The notes under the pieces were generated by a model. The model saw nothing but the letters and a program-made list of their open reading frames with translations, did no database searches and was not told where the DNA came from. From assembly GCA_000025185.1 (NCBI GenBank), contig CP001848.1:1560001-1592000 (forward strand): DNA of 32,000 bases, read 5' to 3'. Shown in pieces: positions 1 to 8,117 of this stretch. The position numbers and the translations under genes were made by a program. Positions within the stretch are counted from its first letter, which is position 1. Every line of letters starts with the position of its first letter. Source of the DNA: Pirellula staleyi DSM 6068. GTDB lineage: Bacteria; Planctomycetota; Planctomycetia; Pirellulales; Pirellulaceae.

Positions 1-1161
1 CATCGAAAGTCCGAGCATCCCATGCCCGGCCGCTAAGGTCACGTTTGTGAGGCGTGGCAAGCGACCAATCAGCGGGAGACTATCGGGAGTCATCGGGCGC
101 CAGCCGAACCACGACTCGATCGTCGGCGTCGCCACCGGCTCGCGCAAGTAGATCGCTGCCCCGTCGGTGAGGAGCTTCAGCCGCTCGGGACGAATCGACG
201 TATCGTAGCCGGCGAACTCCATCGTCGAGCCGATTCGATAGGTGGTTGCCAGCGGTGTGATCGCAACCCGATGTTCTTCAAAAATCATTGAAATCTTCGG
301 GCAAATCGATGGTTTTGGCATCACCAGCGAGTAGCCTTTGCCAGGTTCGATGGGGATTGACGTTTGCAGCTGAGCGCGGAGCTGCGGGGTCCAAGCGCCG
401 GTCGCTACGACCACCTGATCGGCGGCGATGGGGCCGGTGGAAGTTTGCACCGCCCGTACGATGGATCCTTCGCGATCGAAGCCGGTGAGCTGACATGCCT
501 CGCGAATATCGACTCCTGCGCGCGAGAGGACCGAGCGCCACGACTGCATCAGCTTATCGGGACGGAGATGACCATCGGTGGTGTAGTGCCACGCGCCGGC
601 GATCCCCGGTTTGAGCGCCGGTTCGAGCTCGCTCAGCTGCGGGCCGTCGTAACGCTTCGCGCCGAGCTGAAACTTGGTACGCAGCAGCTCATCGGTCGCG
701 GCGTAGTGATCCATCTCGCGCTGCGATAAGTAAACGAATAGCAGGCCCGAGGTTTCCCACTCGACGTCGGTGAGGAGCTGTGCGAAGAGCCCATCGTAGA
801 GCGAGCGCGAACTGACGAGCAGCGACTGAATCGCGGTCGCTGCGCGGAGCATATCGCGCTCGTTACACTTTCGCGCAAACTGCCAGAACCAGCGCCACAA
901 AGCGGGGTCGAGACGCCACCGAACTTTCAGCGGCGAATTGCGCGCCACCAGCGTTTTCAGCGTATTCCAGAGCGCGCCGGGGGTTGCCAGCGGCAGGACA
1001 TGGCTCGGGCAAACATAGCCGCAATTGCCGTGCGAACAGCCGCTGCCGAACTGTTTTTGGTCGATCAGCGTGACGTCGCACCCTGCCTCGCGCAAGTACC
1101 ACGCCGATGTAGCACCAATCACCCCGCCACCAATCACGACGACCCGTTTCGAGGCGCTCAT
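1..1161 (-). CDS. FAD-dependent oxidoreductase, DadA-like D-amino-acid / D-hydroxyproline dehydrogenase (3' end runs off the window)
   Basis: Absent from the ORF track because there is no stop in the window. My translation of the reverse strand from ATG 1161..1159 gives MSASKRVVVIGGGVIGATSAWYLREAGCDVTLIDQ (GxGxxG FAD fold). The parts I translated by hand (1161..961 and 60..1) are stop-free and end ...WRPMTPDSLPLIGRL...AAGHGMLGLSM, which resembles DadA C-terminal motifs. The middle was read less carefully. ATGA start/stop overlap with the upstream epimerase gene. Confidence 0.75.
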   Translation of the reverse strand, partial: MSASKRVVVIGGGVIGATSAWYLREAGCDVTLIDQKQFGSGCSHGNCGYVCPSHVLPLATPGALWNTLKTLVARNSPLKVRWRLDPALWRWFWQFARKCNERDMLRAATAIQSLLVSSRSLYDGLFAQLLTDVEWETSGLLFVYLSQREMDHYAATDELLRTKFQLGAKRYDGPQLSELEPALKPGIAGAWHYTTDGHLRPDKLMQSWRSVLSRAGVDIREACQLTGFDREGSIVRAVQTSTGPIAADQVVVATGAWTPQLRAQLQTSIPIEPGKGYSLVMPKPSICPKISMIFEEHRVAITPLATTYRIGSTMEFAGYDTSIRPERLKLLTDGAAIYLREPVATPTIESWFGWRPMTPDSLPLIGRLPRLTNVTLAAGHGMLGLSM

Positions 1162-2096
1162 CCCGAGATTCCCCACGCTAGTGGATCGTTCGCTTCGATG
1201 ATCATCGTGGCATCGGAAGTGACAAACGCCTCACCCGTGATGCGTGGCAAGATCGCTCCCTCGACGATGCGATACGAGCCTTCGAACATCGTGCCAATCA
1301 CACTCTCTTGTCGCCACGTTTCGCCGGGAGCCAGTCGCTGGTCACTCGCCAGGCAAGCAATCTTGGCGCTCGTGCCGGTGCCACAAGGACTCCGGTCGTA
1401 AGCCCCTCCTGGGCAGAGGACAAAATTGCGGCTGTCGTGGTGAGGATCGCGCGGCGCTGCAAAGAGCTCGATGTGATCGATCTCAGACCCATCCGATCCA
1501 GTGATCGATTCTCGCCGCAGCGCGTCGCGAATGGCGGTGGTAATGCGAGTCAGAATAGCGACGTTCGAAGGCTCGAGCGGCGCAATCTCAGTCTTCACGA
1601 GGAAGAACCAGTTGCCACCCCAGGCGACATCTCCCACCACTTCGCCGAGGCCAGGAACGCTCAGCAGCACATCGGCCTGATGCCGAAAACTGGCGACATT
1701 CTCGAGAGAAACGCCATTTTTCCCGTCGTAAGAGACCGGCACAAGACCGACTGGTGTCTCGATGAGATAGTCGCCGGCTGTGATCCGTTCGAGATAGCCG
1801 AGCGTGCGGACAACCCCGATCAGGCCGTGGCCGCACATCCCGAGGTAGCCGACGTTGTTGAAGAAAATCACACCAGCCAGACAGGTTGGATCGACCGGCT
1901 GACAAACGATCGCGCCGACCATAATTTCGCTGCCGCGCGGCTCGCAGAGCAGGGCGCGACGATAGCGATCGGCATCCGACTGGAATCGCGCTCGGCGCTC
2001 GGCCATCGAGCCGCAACCGAGATCGATTTTGCTATCGACCAGCACGCGCGTCGGTTCCCCGGCGGTGTGTGAATCGATCACGCGAAGGCGTTCCAT
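1158..2096 (-). CDS. 4-hydroxyproline 2-epimerase / proline racemase family protein
   Basis: 312-aa ORF. N-terminus MERLRVIDSHTAGEPTRV and both catalytic Cys contexts (GMCGHG and DRSPCGTGTSA) match the Cys/Cys epimerase/racemase type. Abuts the upstream DapA-like gene with no gap. Confidence 0.85.
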   Translation of the reverse strand: MERLRVIDSHTAGEPTRVLVDSKIDLGCGSMAERRARFQSDADRYRRALLCEPRGSEIMVGAIVCQPVDPTCLAGVIFFNNVGYLGMCGHGLIGVVRTLGYLERITAGDYLIETPVGLVPVSYDGKNGVSLENVASFRHQADVLLSVPGLGEVVGDVAWGGNWFFLVKTEIAPLEPSNVAILTRITTAIRDALRRESITGSDGSEIDHIELFAAPRDPHHDSRNFVLCPGGAYDRSPCGTGTSAKIACLASDQRLAPGETWRQESVIGTMFEGSYRIVEGAILPRITGEAFVTSDATMIIEANDPLAWGISG

Positions 2097-3005
2097 CTAG
2101 CGACGCTCCAAGCGAGGGCGATTGGCAATGCCAGCGTGCACGATCTTCAGCACATGCTCGCGCTCAGCACCTGTGAGTGGCAAGCGAGGCTCGCGCACCC
2201 ACTCGCTTCCGAGGCCCGTCTCTTGCACGGCGAGCTTGATGTACTGCACAAACTTCACATGGGTATCGAGTTTCAGGAGGGGATAGAACCAGCGATAAAG
2301 CTCGCGTGCTTCGTCCCAGCGACCGGCGCGTGTCAGTTCCCAGAAGTACTGATTCTCTGTTGGGAACGCGATCCCCGAACCGGCGACCCAGCCATCGATC
2401 CCAAGAATCGAAGCTTCGAGCGCCAGGTCATCGACCCCGACGAAGATCGCATAGCGATTGCCGACTTCGAGTCGCAGCTCGGTGATGCGGCGTGTATTGG
2501 CCGAGCTTTCCTTGAGCGCAACGAGGTTTGGAATCGAGGCGAGCTCGGCGAACTGCTGCGGCGTGATGTCGACCGGATAGCCGACTGGATTGTTGTAAAG
2601 CATCCAAGGGAGCGACGTCGCCGCGCCAACGCTGCGGAAGTGATGCATCGCTTCCTCGCGGTCCGCTTTGTAGACCATCGCAGGCATGATCATGAAGCCG
2701 CTGGCACCGAGCTTTTCGCAGTCCTGAACGTAGCTGCGAGCCAGCGCGGTGCTCATCTCCGCCACGCCGCTGACCACCGGCACGCGACCCGCCGACAGCT
2801 TCACGATTTCGGCGACAAGATCCCGCTTTTCCTGGGGCAGAAGGGTTTGATTTTCCCCCAGCGATCCCCCCACAATAAGGCCGCTAACTCCTGACTGGAT
2901 CAGGACTTCGCAGTGACGGGCCGTAGCTTCAAGGTCGAGCGACAGGTCGCGCTTAAACTGCGTGGTAACCGCCGGGAAAACTCCCTGCCAAACATGCTGA
3001 CTCAT
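2097..3005 (-). CDS. DapA (dihydrodipicolinate synthase) family lyase, probably 1-pyrroline-4-hydroxy-2-carboxylate deaminase
   Basis: 302-aa ORF with DapA-family features (GLIVGGSLGE, ALKESS lysine motif). The specific role is inferred from its position next to the epimerase and the FAD dehydrogenase. Confidence 0.75.
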   Translation of the reverse strand: MSQHVWQGVFPAVTTQFKRDLSLDLEATARHCEVLIQSGVSGLIVGGSLGENQTLLPQEKRDLVAEIVKLSAGRVPVVSGVAEMSTALARSYVQDCEKLGASGFMIMPAMVYKADREEAMHHFRSVGAATSLPWMLYNNPVGYPVDITPQQFAELASIPNLVALKESSANTRRITELRLEVGNRYAIFVGVDDLALEASILGIDGWVAGSGIAFPTENQYFWELTRAGRWDEARELYRWFYPLLKLDTHVKFVQYIKLAVQETGLGSEWVREPRLPLTGAEREHVLKIVHAGIANRPRLERR

Positions 3006-3096
3006 TCCAAAATCCTTAATACCTTCGAAATAACTTCGTGCAAGTGTTGCAGGAAGTCTTCAAAAAGACGTGAGTAAATTCGTGGTAAAGACTACG

Positions 3097-3124
3097 TAAT
3101 TAGTGATAAAATGTTGAAAATCAA
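3097..3124 (-). promoter_or_regulatory. Candidate sigma70-type promoter for the hydroxyproline operon
   Basis: On the minus strand: TTGATT (3124..3119), 16-nt spacer, TAATTA (3102..3097), in an AT-rich spacer about 90 nt upstream of ATG 3005. Pattern match only. Confidence 0.25.
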
Positions 3125-3128
3125 GGGG

Positions 3129-4262
3129 TTAGGTTTTCTGGTAGCTGCTGCGCCAAACTTGGGAAGTGAACGATGCTGTTTGCCAGCTGTCTTTCGTCTG
3201 ATACTCGCGTACGACGAGCTCTCCCTGATCCATCTCGACGTAGAAGAACGCCTGGTGACCGCCGCTGAAGTGGCTGGCGTTATCGGCATTGAAGACCTGG
3301 ATCCCCCGTTCGGCTTTCGGAGAGACCCCATCCCACAGGAACGCGCTTCGCGCATGGGTGTGGCCATAGAAGATCGCCGCGATGTTGTGGTCCTTGATCG
3401 CGCGGTAGAAGGCTTGCACGTCGCAGGGGTCCCATTCTTTACTTCCCGCGGGGATCGCCAAGTCGCACGCTGTGGTGTAGCGGGCAATGTCGATGTGATG
3501 CGTGATCACGATCGGCGTTTGGGGGTCGGCGACATTATCGCGCAGGTCTTCAAGCAGGAATTCGAGGCTCCCGGCAGCAGCGTAGCGCCGCTTGCGGTCG
3601 ATGGCCGAATCGCTACCCACGATCAGCCCCAGGTTGATGAAATGGATCCCATTCCAGTCCCACGAAAAATGGAGTCCATTCTTCGAGAGGCTGCGGAGGT
3701 CTTTTCGCTTTTTCGAGCGTGCGGCGATTTTGTCGAGGGCGTGACCTTCACCGCGCGGCGAATCGTGGTTTCCAAAAACTTCGTACACCGGGTACTTCAG
3801 CCGACCTTCGGTTCCAGTGACTCCATACTCTTCTTCGAATTTGGCGAACTCTGTCCGCTGCATCACCTTATGCACTGCACTTTGCTTGTCTCCGGTGTCG
3901 ATGATATCGCCGGTGTGAATCAGCCCGCGCGGCGCGATGACAGTCCCTCCGCCCGCTTCGGCAGGAATGGTTTCGCCTGGGAGCCGATTCAGCGTCTCGA
4001 CCAGCCGACCGCAGATGGCGGCAGAGGTTTCGTCGATCGCTTCGGGCTTCTCTTCCTGGGCGAGAAAGTGCGTATCACCAGCGACAAAAAACGCGATTTT
4101 TCCCTCGGAAGAGGCTGTTTTCGTCGGGGCTGCCTGAAGAGTGCAGGGAGTACCCACTCCGTGCGAAGCGAGCACGAAGCTGCCAGCGGTGAGCGACGTG
4201 CTGGTGAGAAACTGGCGCCGGGAAACAGGCTCGTGGCTCGTGGGTGGCAGGTGCTTGGTCAT
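3129..4262 (-). CDS. Secreted calcineurin-like metallophosphoesterase (Tat signal)
   Basis: 377 aa. Twin-arginine signal SRRQFLTSTSLTAGSFVLA. Metallophosphoesterase motifs GDTH, GDIIDTGD, GNHD, GHTH. Confidence 0.8.
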   Translation of the reverse strand: MTKHLPPTSHEPVSRRQFLTSTSLTAGSFVLASHGVGTPCTLQAAPTKTASSEGKIAFFVAGDTHFLAQEEKPEAIDETSAAICGRLVETLNRLPGETIPAEAGGGTVIAPRGLIHTGDIIDTGDKQSAVHKVMQRTEFAKFEEEYGVTGTEGRLKYPVYEVFGNHDSPRGEGHALDKIAARSKKRKDLRSLSKNGLHFSWDWNGIHFINLGLIVGSDSAIDRKRRYAAAGSLEFLLEDLRDNVADPQTPIVITHHIDIARYTTACDLAIPAGSKEWDPCDVQAFYRAIKDHNIAAIFYGHTHARSAFLWDGVSPKAERGIQVFNADNASHFSGGHQAFFYVEMDQGELVVREYQTKDSWQTASFTSQVWRSSYQKT

Positions 4263-4307
4263 CGGAGTTTCTCGCGGGAGAGGTGAAAGGAAGGGACGTT
4301 ACCAGCG

Positions 4308-5330
4308 CTAGCGTGCAGCCTCTTTCTCGGCTGTTGCAGCGGGAGAGCGAGTGAAGGTTTTTTCCAGCGGATAACGCCATTCCCACTCGGGAGCGTCGAT
4401 CACCGTGGCATCACGCTTCACATGATAAGCCAGGCGCATCTTCGTCTCGTTCAGCTCCACGAGAAAGAACCCTTTCTCGGTCTGGCCAGTGTTCACCACA
4501 TCGAGCGGCTTCGAAGCAGGATCTGGTTTCCACTGACGAACACCGGTGCCGGTATGCCCGTGAAAGAAGGCGATGACGTTGTACGGTTCCACAGCGCGAT
4601 AGAAGTTGACCCAGTCTTCGGCGACCCACCAGTTGGTATCGAAACCACAGTGCGCGACGATGATGACAGGCCGGCCCGAGTCTCCCACTTGCGACGCGAG
4701 ATCTTCTTTCACGAAGGTGAGCGCCAGCTGCGGATCGTGCCAGGGAAGGGAATAGCGCACGGCGCTATTCTGTCGGTCGGCCGGGTAGAGATTGGTTTGC
4801 ACGAAGTGAACGCCGTTCCAGTCCCAGCTGTAGTGCAAGCCGTTCTCGCTGACACGCGTGATCAGCTTCTTCTCGAGACGCACGGCGTTGCGCCGTTTGA
4901 CTTCTGCCTGCACACTCCGCTTCTGCTTAATGAAGGGGGCGGGAGGTCCATCGTGATTTCCAAAACCTTCGAAGACCGGATACTTCAGTTTGCCGTCGGT
5001 TCCATCGAGTCCAAACTGATCGACAAAATGTTGCCACTGGATTTCGGTCTCCCCCACTTTGTCGCCATCGTCGATCAGATCTCCCAAAGCCAGCACGCCG
5101 CGTGGCTCTCCGATGGGGCCTCCACCCAGTTTTGCGGGCCACTCGGCACTTGGGATCTGGTTCATCCGCTCGATCGTCACCAGATTGCGATCGTTACGCT
5201 CCACTTTTTCAACAGCTTCGTAGTGCGAGTCGGAAGTGACGATGAAGGTGAGGGGCTCGTCGGCACGCGCGTGCGCCGTCAGGCAGCATAGGAGCATCGT
5301 CAGTGTGATGCGGGAGAGAGCGAATCGCAT
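4308..5330 (-). CDS. Secreted calcineurin-like metallophosphoesterase, paralog of 3129..4262
   Basis: The track ORF runs to 5417. I prefer ATG 5330 (MRFALSRITLTMLLCCLTAHARA, a Sec signal) because GAGGT lies 4 nt upstream. Motifs SDSH, GDLIDDGD, GNHD, GHTG. Shares blocks with its neighbour (LHYSWDWNGVHF vs LHFSWDWNGIHF; KYPVFEGFGNHD vs KYPVYEVFGNHD). Confidence 0.8.
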   Translation of the reverse strand: MRFALSRITLTMLLCCLTAHARADEPLTFIVTSDSHYEAVEKVERNDRNLVTIERMNQIPSAEWPAKLGGGPIGEPRGVLALGDLIDDGDKVGETEIQWQHFVDQFGLDGTDGKLKYPVFEGFGNHDGPPAPFIKQKRSVQAEVKRRNAVRLEKKLITRVSENGLHYSWDWNGVHFVQTNLYPADRQNSAVRYSLPWHDPQLALTFVKEDLASQVGDSGRPVIIVAHCGFDTNWWVAEDWVNFYRAVEPYNVIAFFHGHTGTGVRQWKPDPASKPLDVVNTGQTEKGFFLVELNETKMRLAYHVKRDATVIDAPEWEWRYPLEKTFTRSPAATAEKEAAR

Positions 5331-5481
5331 GACAACCTCAACTTGCGGGTAGTGGGATGGGAGACAAAACCGATCTGCGGGATCTGCGACGGAGGATGGC
5401 TGAGGGAATTTTGCCAAGTACCGGTCAGACAGTATGTCGAGGTGACTGGCGGGTGTCTTGCCCGAAACGTGGGCCGCCAGT

Positions 5482-5517
5482 CGATTTTGCGCATAGAGGC
5501 CCGATTTTCGCGATTTT
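5482..5517. promoter_or_regulatory. Three direct CGATTTT repeats in a divergent promoter region (candidate AraC-type operator)
   Basis: CGATTTT at 5482, 5502 and 5511, between the metallophosphoesterase operon and the PAS-AraC gene. The first two copies extend to CGATTTTGCGC and CGATTTTCGCG and lie 20 bp apart. Confidence 0.3.
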
Positions 5518-5589
5518 GGAGTCGGTTGGGAGGCTTATTTTCGTGCGTGGTCAATCGAACTGTGGGGACGCTTGGGGTAGGCTACAGAA

Positions 5590-6321
5590 ATGTCCCATTC
5601 GCTTCTTCATAGCGTCCTTGCGCAGCTCGCCGAGCCCTTCACCGGGGAGATGATTTTTGATGCGCTGTCGGATGTCGTTTTCTTCTTGAAAAACGATCAG
5701 GGGCAGTATGTGCTGGTGAATCAAACCCTCGCCATGCGCTGCGGCATGAGCGACAAGCAGTCGCTGCTGGGCAAAACGGCGGCCGATGTCCTGCCGGCTC
5801 CTTTGGGGCACAATTGTTTGGAGCAAGACCGGCGCGTGATTACTTCGGGAGTGCCGCTGCTGAACGAGCTCGAGCTGCATCTCTACCCCAGTGGCGATGA
5901 AGGGTGGTGTCTGACGAACAAACTTCCGCTGCGTGGGGTCGGGGAAAAGTGCGTGGGGCTTGTCGGTTTCTCGCGCGATTTGCATGCCCCGACCGAAGAC
6001 TATCGCGATGTGGCCGAGGCACTGCGGAAGGTGCAAACGCGTCTCGAGCAGCCGATGACGGTCGACGATGTCGCCAAACTCGCGGGGCTCTCGACGTTTC
6101 AGCTCGACCACCGCATTCGCGAAGTGTTTCACGTTTCGGCAAGTCAACTGATGCTGAAGTTTCGACTCGACCGGGCGACGCAGCGGCTGCGCGACACCAT
6201 GCTGCCGATTGCTCACATCGCGCTCGAAATTGGCTACGCCGATCAAAGCAGTTTCACGCGGCAATTTCATCGGACGATTGGGCTGACACCAGCCGAGTAT
6301 CGCAAACGCTATCAGGCGTAA
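5590..6321 (+). CDS. AraC-family transcriptional regulator with N-terminal PAS-like sensor domain
   Basis: 243 aa. The C-terminus has an AraC HTH (IALEIGYADQSSFTRQFHRTIGLTPAEYRKRY). The N-terminal ~130 aa look PAS-like (FFLKNDQGQYVLVNQTLAMRCG...). Confidence 0.85.
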   Translation: MSHSLLHSVLAQLAEPFTGEMIFDALSDVVFFLKNDQGQYVLVNQTLAMRCGMSDKQSLLGKTAADVLPAPLGHNCLEQDRRVITSGVPLLNELELHLYPSGDEGWCLTNKLPLRGVGEKCVGLVGFSRDLHAPTEDYRDVAEALRKVQTRLEQPMTVDDVAKLAGLSTFQLDHRIREVFHVSASQLMLKFRLDRATQRLRDTMLPIAHIALEIGYADQSSFTRQFHRTIGLTPAEYRKRYQA

Positions 6322-6479
6322 AACGCTCGCCGCCGAAATTTCTGTAACGCCCATGACGGGGCGTGCATCCAAAGAGGTGTTGGCAGGCCGATTCCTGCCC
6401 CCATGGCTAGAGGGCAGATCGGCGCGACAGCCGCGTGCTCGATGCCCTAGAAAATCTTCTTAGAACAAGCGAAATTCGG

Positions 6480-6779
6480 ATGAAAATGCAGCTTCAAAAC
6501 GTCGTTCGTGGTGGCATTCTCCTGGCGAGCATCGTGCTGCTGGCCGGTTGTGGTTCGTCGGCTCCTGCCGGTGGGACAGCGGGTGGCGCAGGGGGCGAAA
6601 CGATGGAAGGCTCGGGGATGATGTCAGCCGAACCTGCCATGGGCGAGGGGATGATGTCGGAAGAGAAGCCGATGATGAGCGACAAACCCATGATGGAAGA
6701 AAAGGCCATGATGGAGGAGAAACCGATGATGGAAGAAAAGCCTGCTGGTGAAAAAATGATGGCCCCCGCGAAACCGTAG
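6480..6779 (+). CDS. Small methionine-rich lipoprotein (MM-doublet repeat protein)
   Basis: The track ORF starts at GTG 6435. ATG 6480 gives a canonical lipoprotein signal, MKMQLQNVVRGGILLASIVLLAG|C. The mature part has 16 Met in about 76 residues, no His and no further Cys. It contains KPMMSD/KPMMEE/KAMMEE/KPMMEE repeats. Confidence 0.7.
   Translation: MKMQLQNVVRGGILLASIVLLAGCGSSAPAGGTAGGAGGETMEGSGMMSAEPAMGEGMMSEEKPMMSDKPMMEEKAMMEEKPMMEEKPAGEKMMAPAKP
6666..6737 (+). repeat. Four in-frame 18-bp tandem repeats encoding K(P/A)MM(S/E)(D/E)
   Basis: aagccgatgatgagcgac / aaacccatgatggaagaa / aaggccatgatggaggag / aaaccgatgatggaagaa, followed by a degenerate fifth unit. Confidence 0.85.
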
Positions 6780-6890
6780 TGCGATCTCGCGCTGCGTCAT
6801 TTGCTTGCAAGCCTCACGGTACGAGCCTCTCCCGGGCGACTGGTCACCTGAAGTGACCGATCGCTTACCTCGATCAGTGGACGAGCGATC

Positions 6891-7463
6891 ATGCAACGAC
6901 GAACTTTTCTCGAGGCAGCCGCTGCGACGGTCGCCATCGGCGTAGCAGCTTGTATGCATCCGGCAGACGCGCTGGCTGGGGATGTTCCGCTAGCTCGCGC
7001 GTATCGAGCGCCGGAGCTCGCCGAGATTGAAAAATTCTTTCATACGAAAGCGAGTTCGCTGAGGGAATTCCGGGGCCAAGTGGTAGCGCTCCATTTCTGG
7101 ACCTACTCCTGCAGCAACTGCCTGGCGAACTTGCCGCACTACGCACGGTGGCATCACGATTTTGCCGCAGCGGGGCTCGTGGTCCTGGGAGTACACACCC
7201 CTGAATTTTCGGAAGAAGCGAAAATCGAGAACGTTGCTGAGCAGCTACAAGCACTGAAGATCGAGTATCCTGTGGCGATTGACAACCAGTTTGCTACGTG
7301 GAAGCAGTGGAAGAATCGTTACTGGCCGACTGTCCATTTGATCGATCGTCGGGGGGATGTTCGTGCCACTTGGATTGGCGAGCTGAACTGGAAAGCGTCG
7401 CGCGGCGAAGTGACCATGCGATCGCGTATCGAGGCGCTGCTCAAAGAGCAGCGCGACAGCTGA
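6891..7463 (+). CDS. TlpA/redoxin-like thiol-disulfide oxidoreductase with Tat-type signal
   Basis: 190 aa. MQRRTFLEAAAATVAIGVAA signal. Thioredoxin-fold CxxC in FWTYSCSNCLANLPH. VLGVHTPEF and YWPTVHLIDRRG are typical of the TlpA/ResA-like family. Confidence 0.8.
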   Translation: MQRRTFLEAAAATVAIGVAACMHPADALAGDVPLARAYRAPELAEIEKFFHTKASSLREFRGQVVALHFWTYSCSNCLANLPHYARWHHDFAAAGLVVLGVHTPEFSEEAKIENVAEQLQALKIEYPVAIDNQFATWKQWKNRYWPTVHLIDRRGDVRATWIGELNWKASRGEVTMRSRIEALLKEQRDS

Positions 7464-7526
7464 CCCTCCGGTAGCAACCTTATTCACCCCACCCCGAGTA
7501 GCTTGATGTCGCGCTAGGCACTTCGT

Positions 7527-7862
7527 ATGGATTGCTCGAAATTCTACGAGAAAATCGACGAACTTCGCGAAAAGAAACTTTCGCGATGGGAGTGGATTTC
7601 GATGCGCCTGCACTGGCTGATTTGTGGCGACTGTCGCCGCTATTTGGCGCAGTACCTGAAGACGATCGCCATCGCGCACGGTCTGGCGGCGGCGGAATTG
7701 CCAGCTGCGAAATTGGCCGATCCGATCGTCGAACAAATCGCGCGTGAAATGACGCAAGCGGTGAGGTCGGGCGATGCGCCGCAAGATCCAGCGTTTGATC
7801 CAGCGAGCGATCGCGAAGAGGACTCGGATCAGTCAGGCTCGGAGGGGCCGCAGTTAACGTAG
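7527..7862 (+). CDS. Soluble zinc-finger (ZAS, HxxxCxxC) anti-sigma factor candidate
   Basis: 111 aa. MDCSKFYEKIDEL...RLHWLICGDCRRYLAQY gives C3, H29-x3-C33-x2-C36, the same Cys-to-His spacing I recall for RsrA-type ZAS proteins. No hydrophobic segment. Acidic disordered C-terminus. Confidence 0.6.
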   Translation: MDCSKFYEKIDELREKKLSRWEWISMRLHWLICGDCRRYLAQYLKTIAIAHGLAAAELPAAKLADPIVEQIAREMTQAVRSGDAPQDPAFDPASDREEDSDQSGSEGPQLT

Positions 7863-8091
7863 TTGTTTATCGATCACTCGATGGACCCGTAGCACTCGGT
7901 CTAGCGATCCATGTCAGGTGTTTTTGGGTGCCACTGGCGTCACGCCAGAGCAGCAGATGGAACCGATGTTTTGGGCAAAATGTCCCTGAAAACAGAGTCC
8001 ATTTACACTTCTCACTGGGGAGAGCCCAGTGGCACACTGGATTGAAGCCTTTTCATTGCTGCATGACATTGATTGCTAGACGGAGTAGTAG

Positions 8092-8117
8092 GTCAGGTCC
8101 CCTCTCAGGGACCTGAC
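8092..8117. terminator. Perfect 10-bp-stem hairpin between convergent genes (terminator-like, no U tract)
   Basis: gtcaggtccc (8092..8101), ctctca loop, gggacctgac (8108..8117). Lies between the ZAS gene (+) and the ECF sigma gene (-). Confidence 0.35.

Noticed and set aside
278-1102. Several 66-133-aa track ORFs on both strands at the left end.
   Set aside because: They lie in wrong frames within the FAD-oxidoreductase reading frame (1..1161, minus strand). They are Arg/Ala/Ser-rich, as expected for off-frame translation of high-GC DNA.
3111-4286. 391-aa plus-strand ORF.
   Set aside because: It is antisense to the metallophosphoesterase gene, which has clear catalytic motifs and a Tat signal. 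The antisense product has no motifs and an off-frame composition. The same reasoning applies to 4422..5291, 5551..6372, 18371..19300, 21401..23023, 25662..26645 and 27561..29036.
6548-6959. Alternative-frame ORFs across the Met-rich repeat region.
   Set aside because: They arise because the 18-bp repeats lack stops in other frames. Only the +1 frame from 6480 has a signal peptide and lipobox.
8091-8100. GGTCAGGTCC resembles the start of the SRP (4.5S) RNA conserved core.
   Set aside because: The essential GGAAGGAAGCAGC continuation and the symmetric loop are absent. The sequence is just one arm of a simple hairpin.
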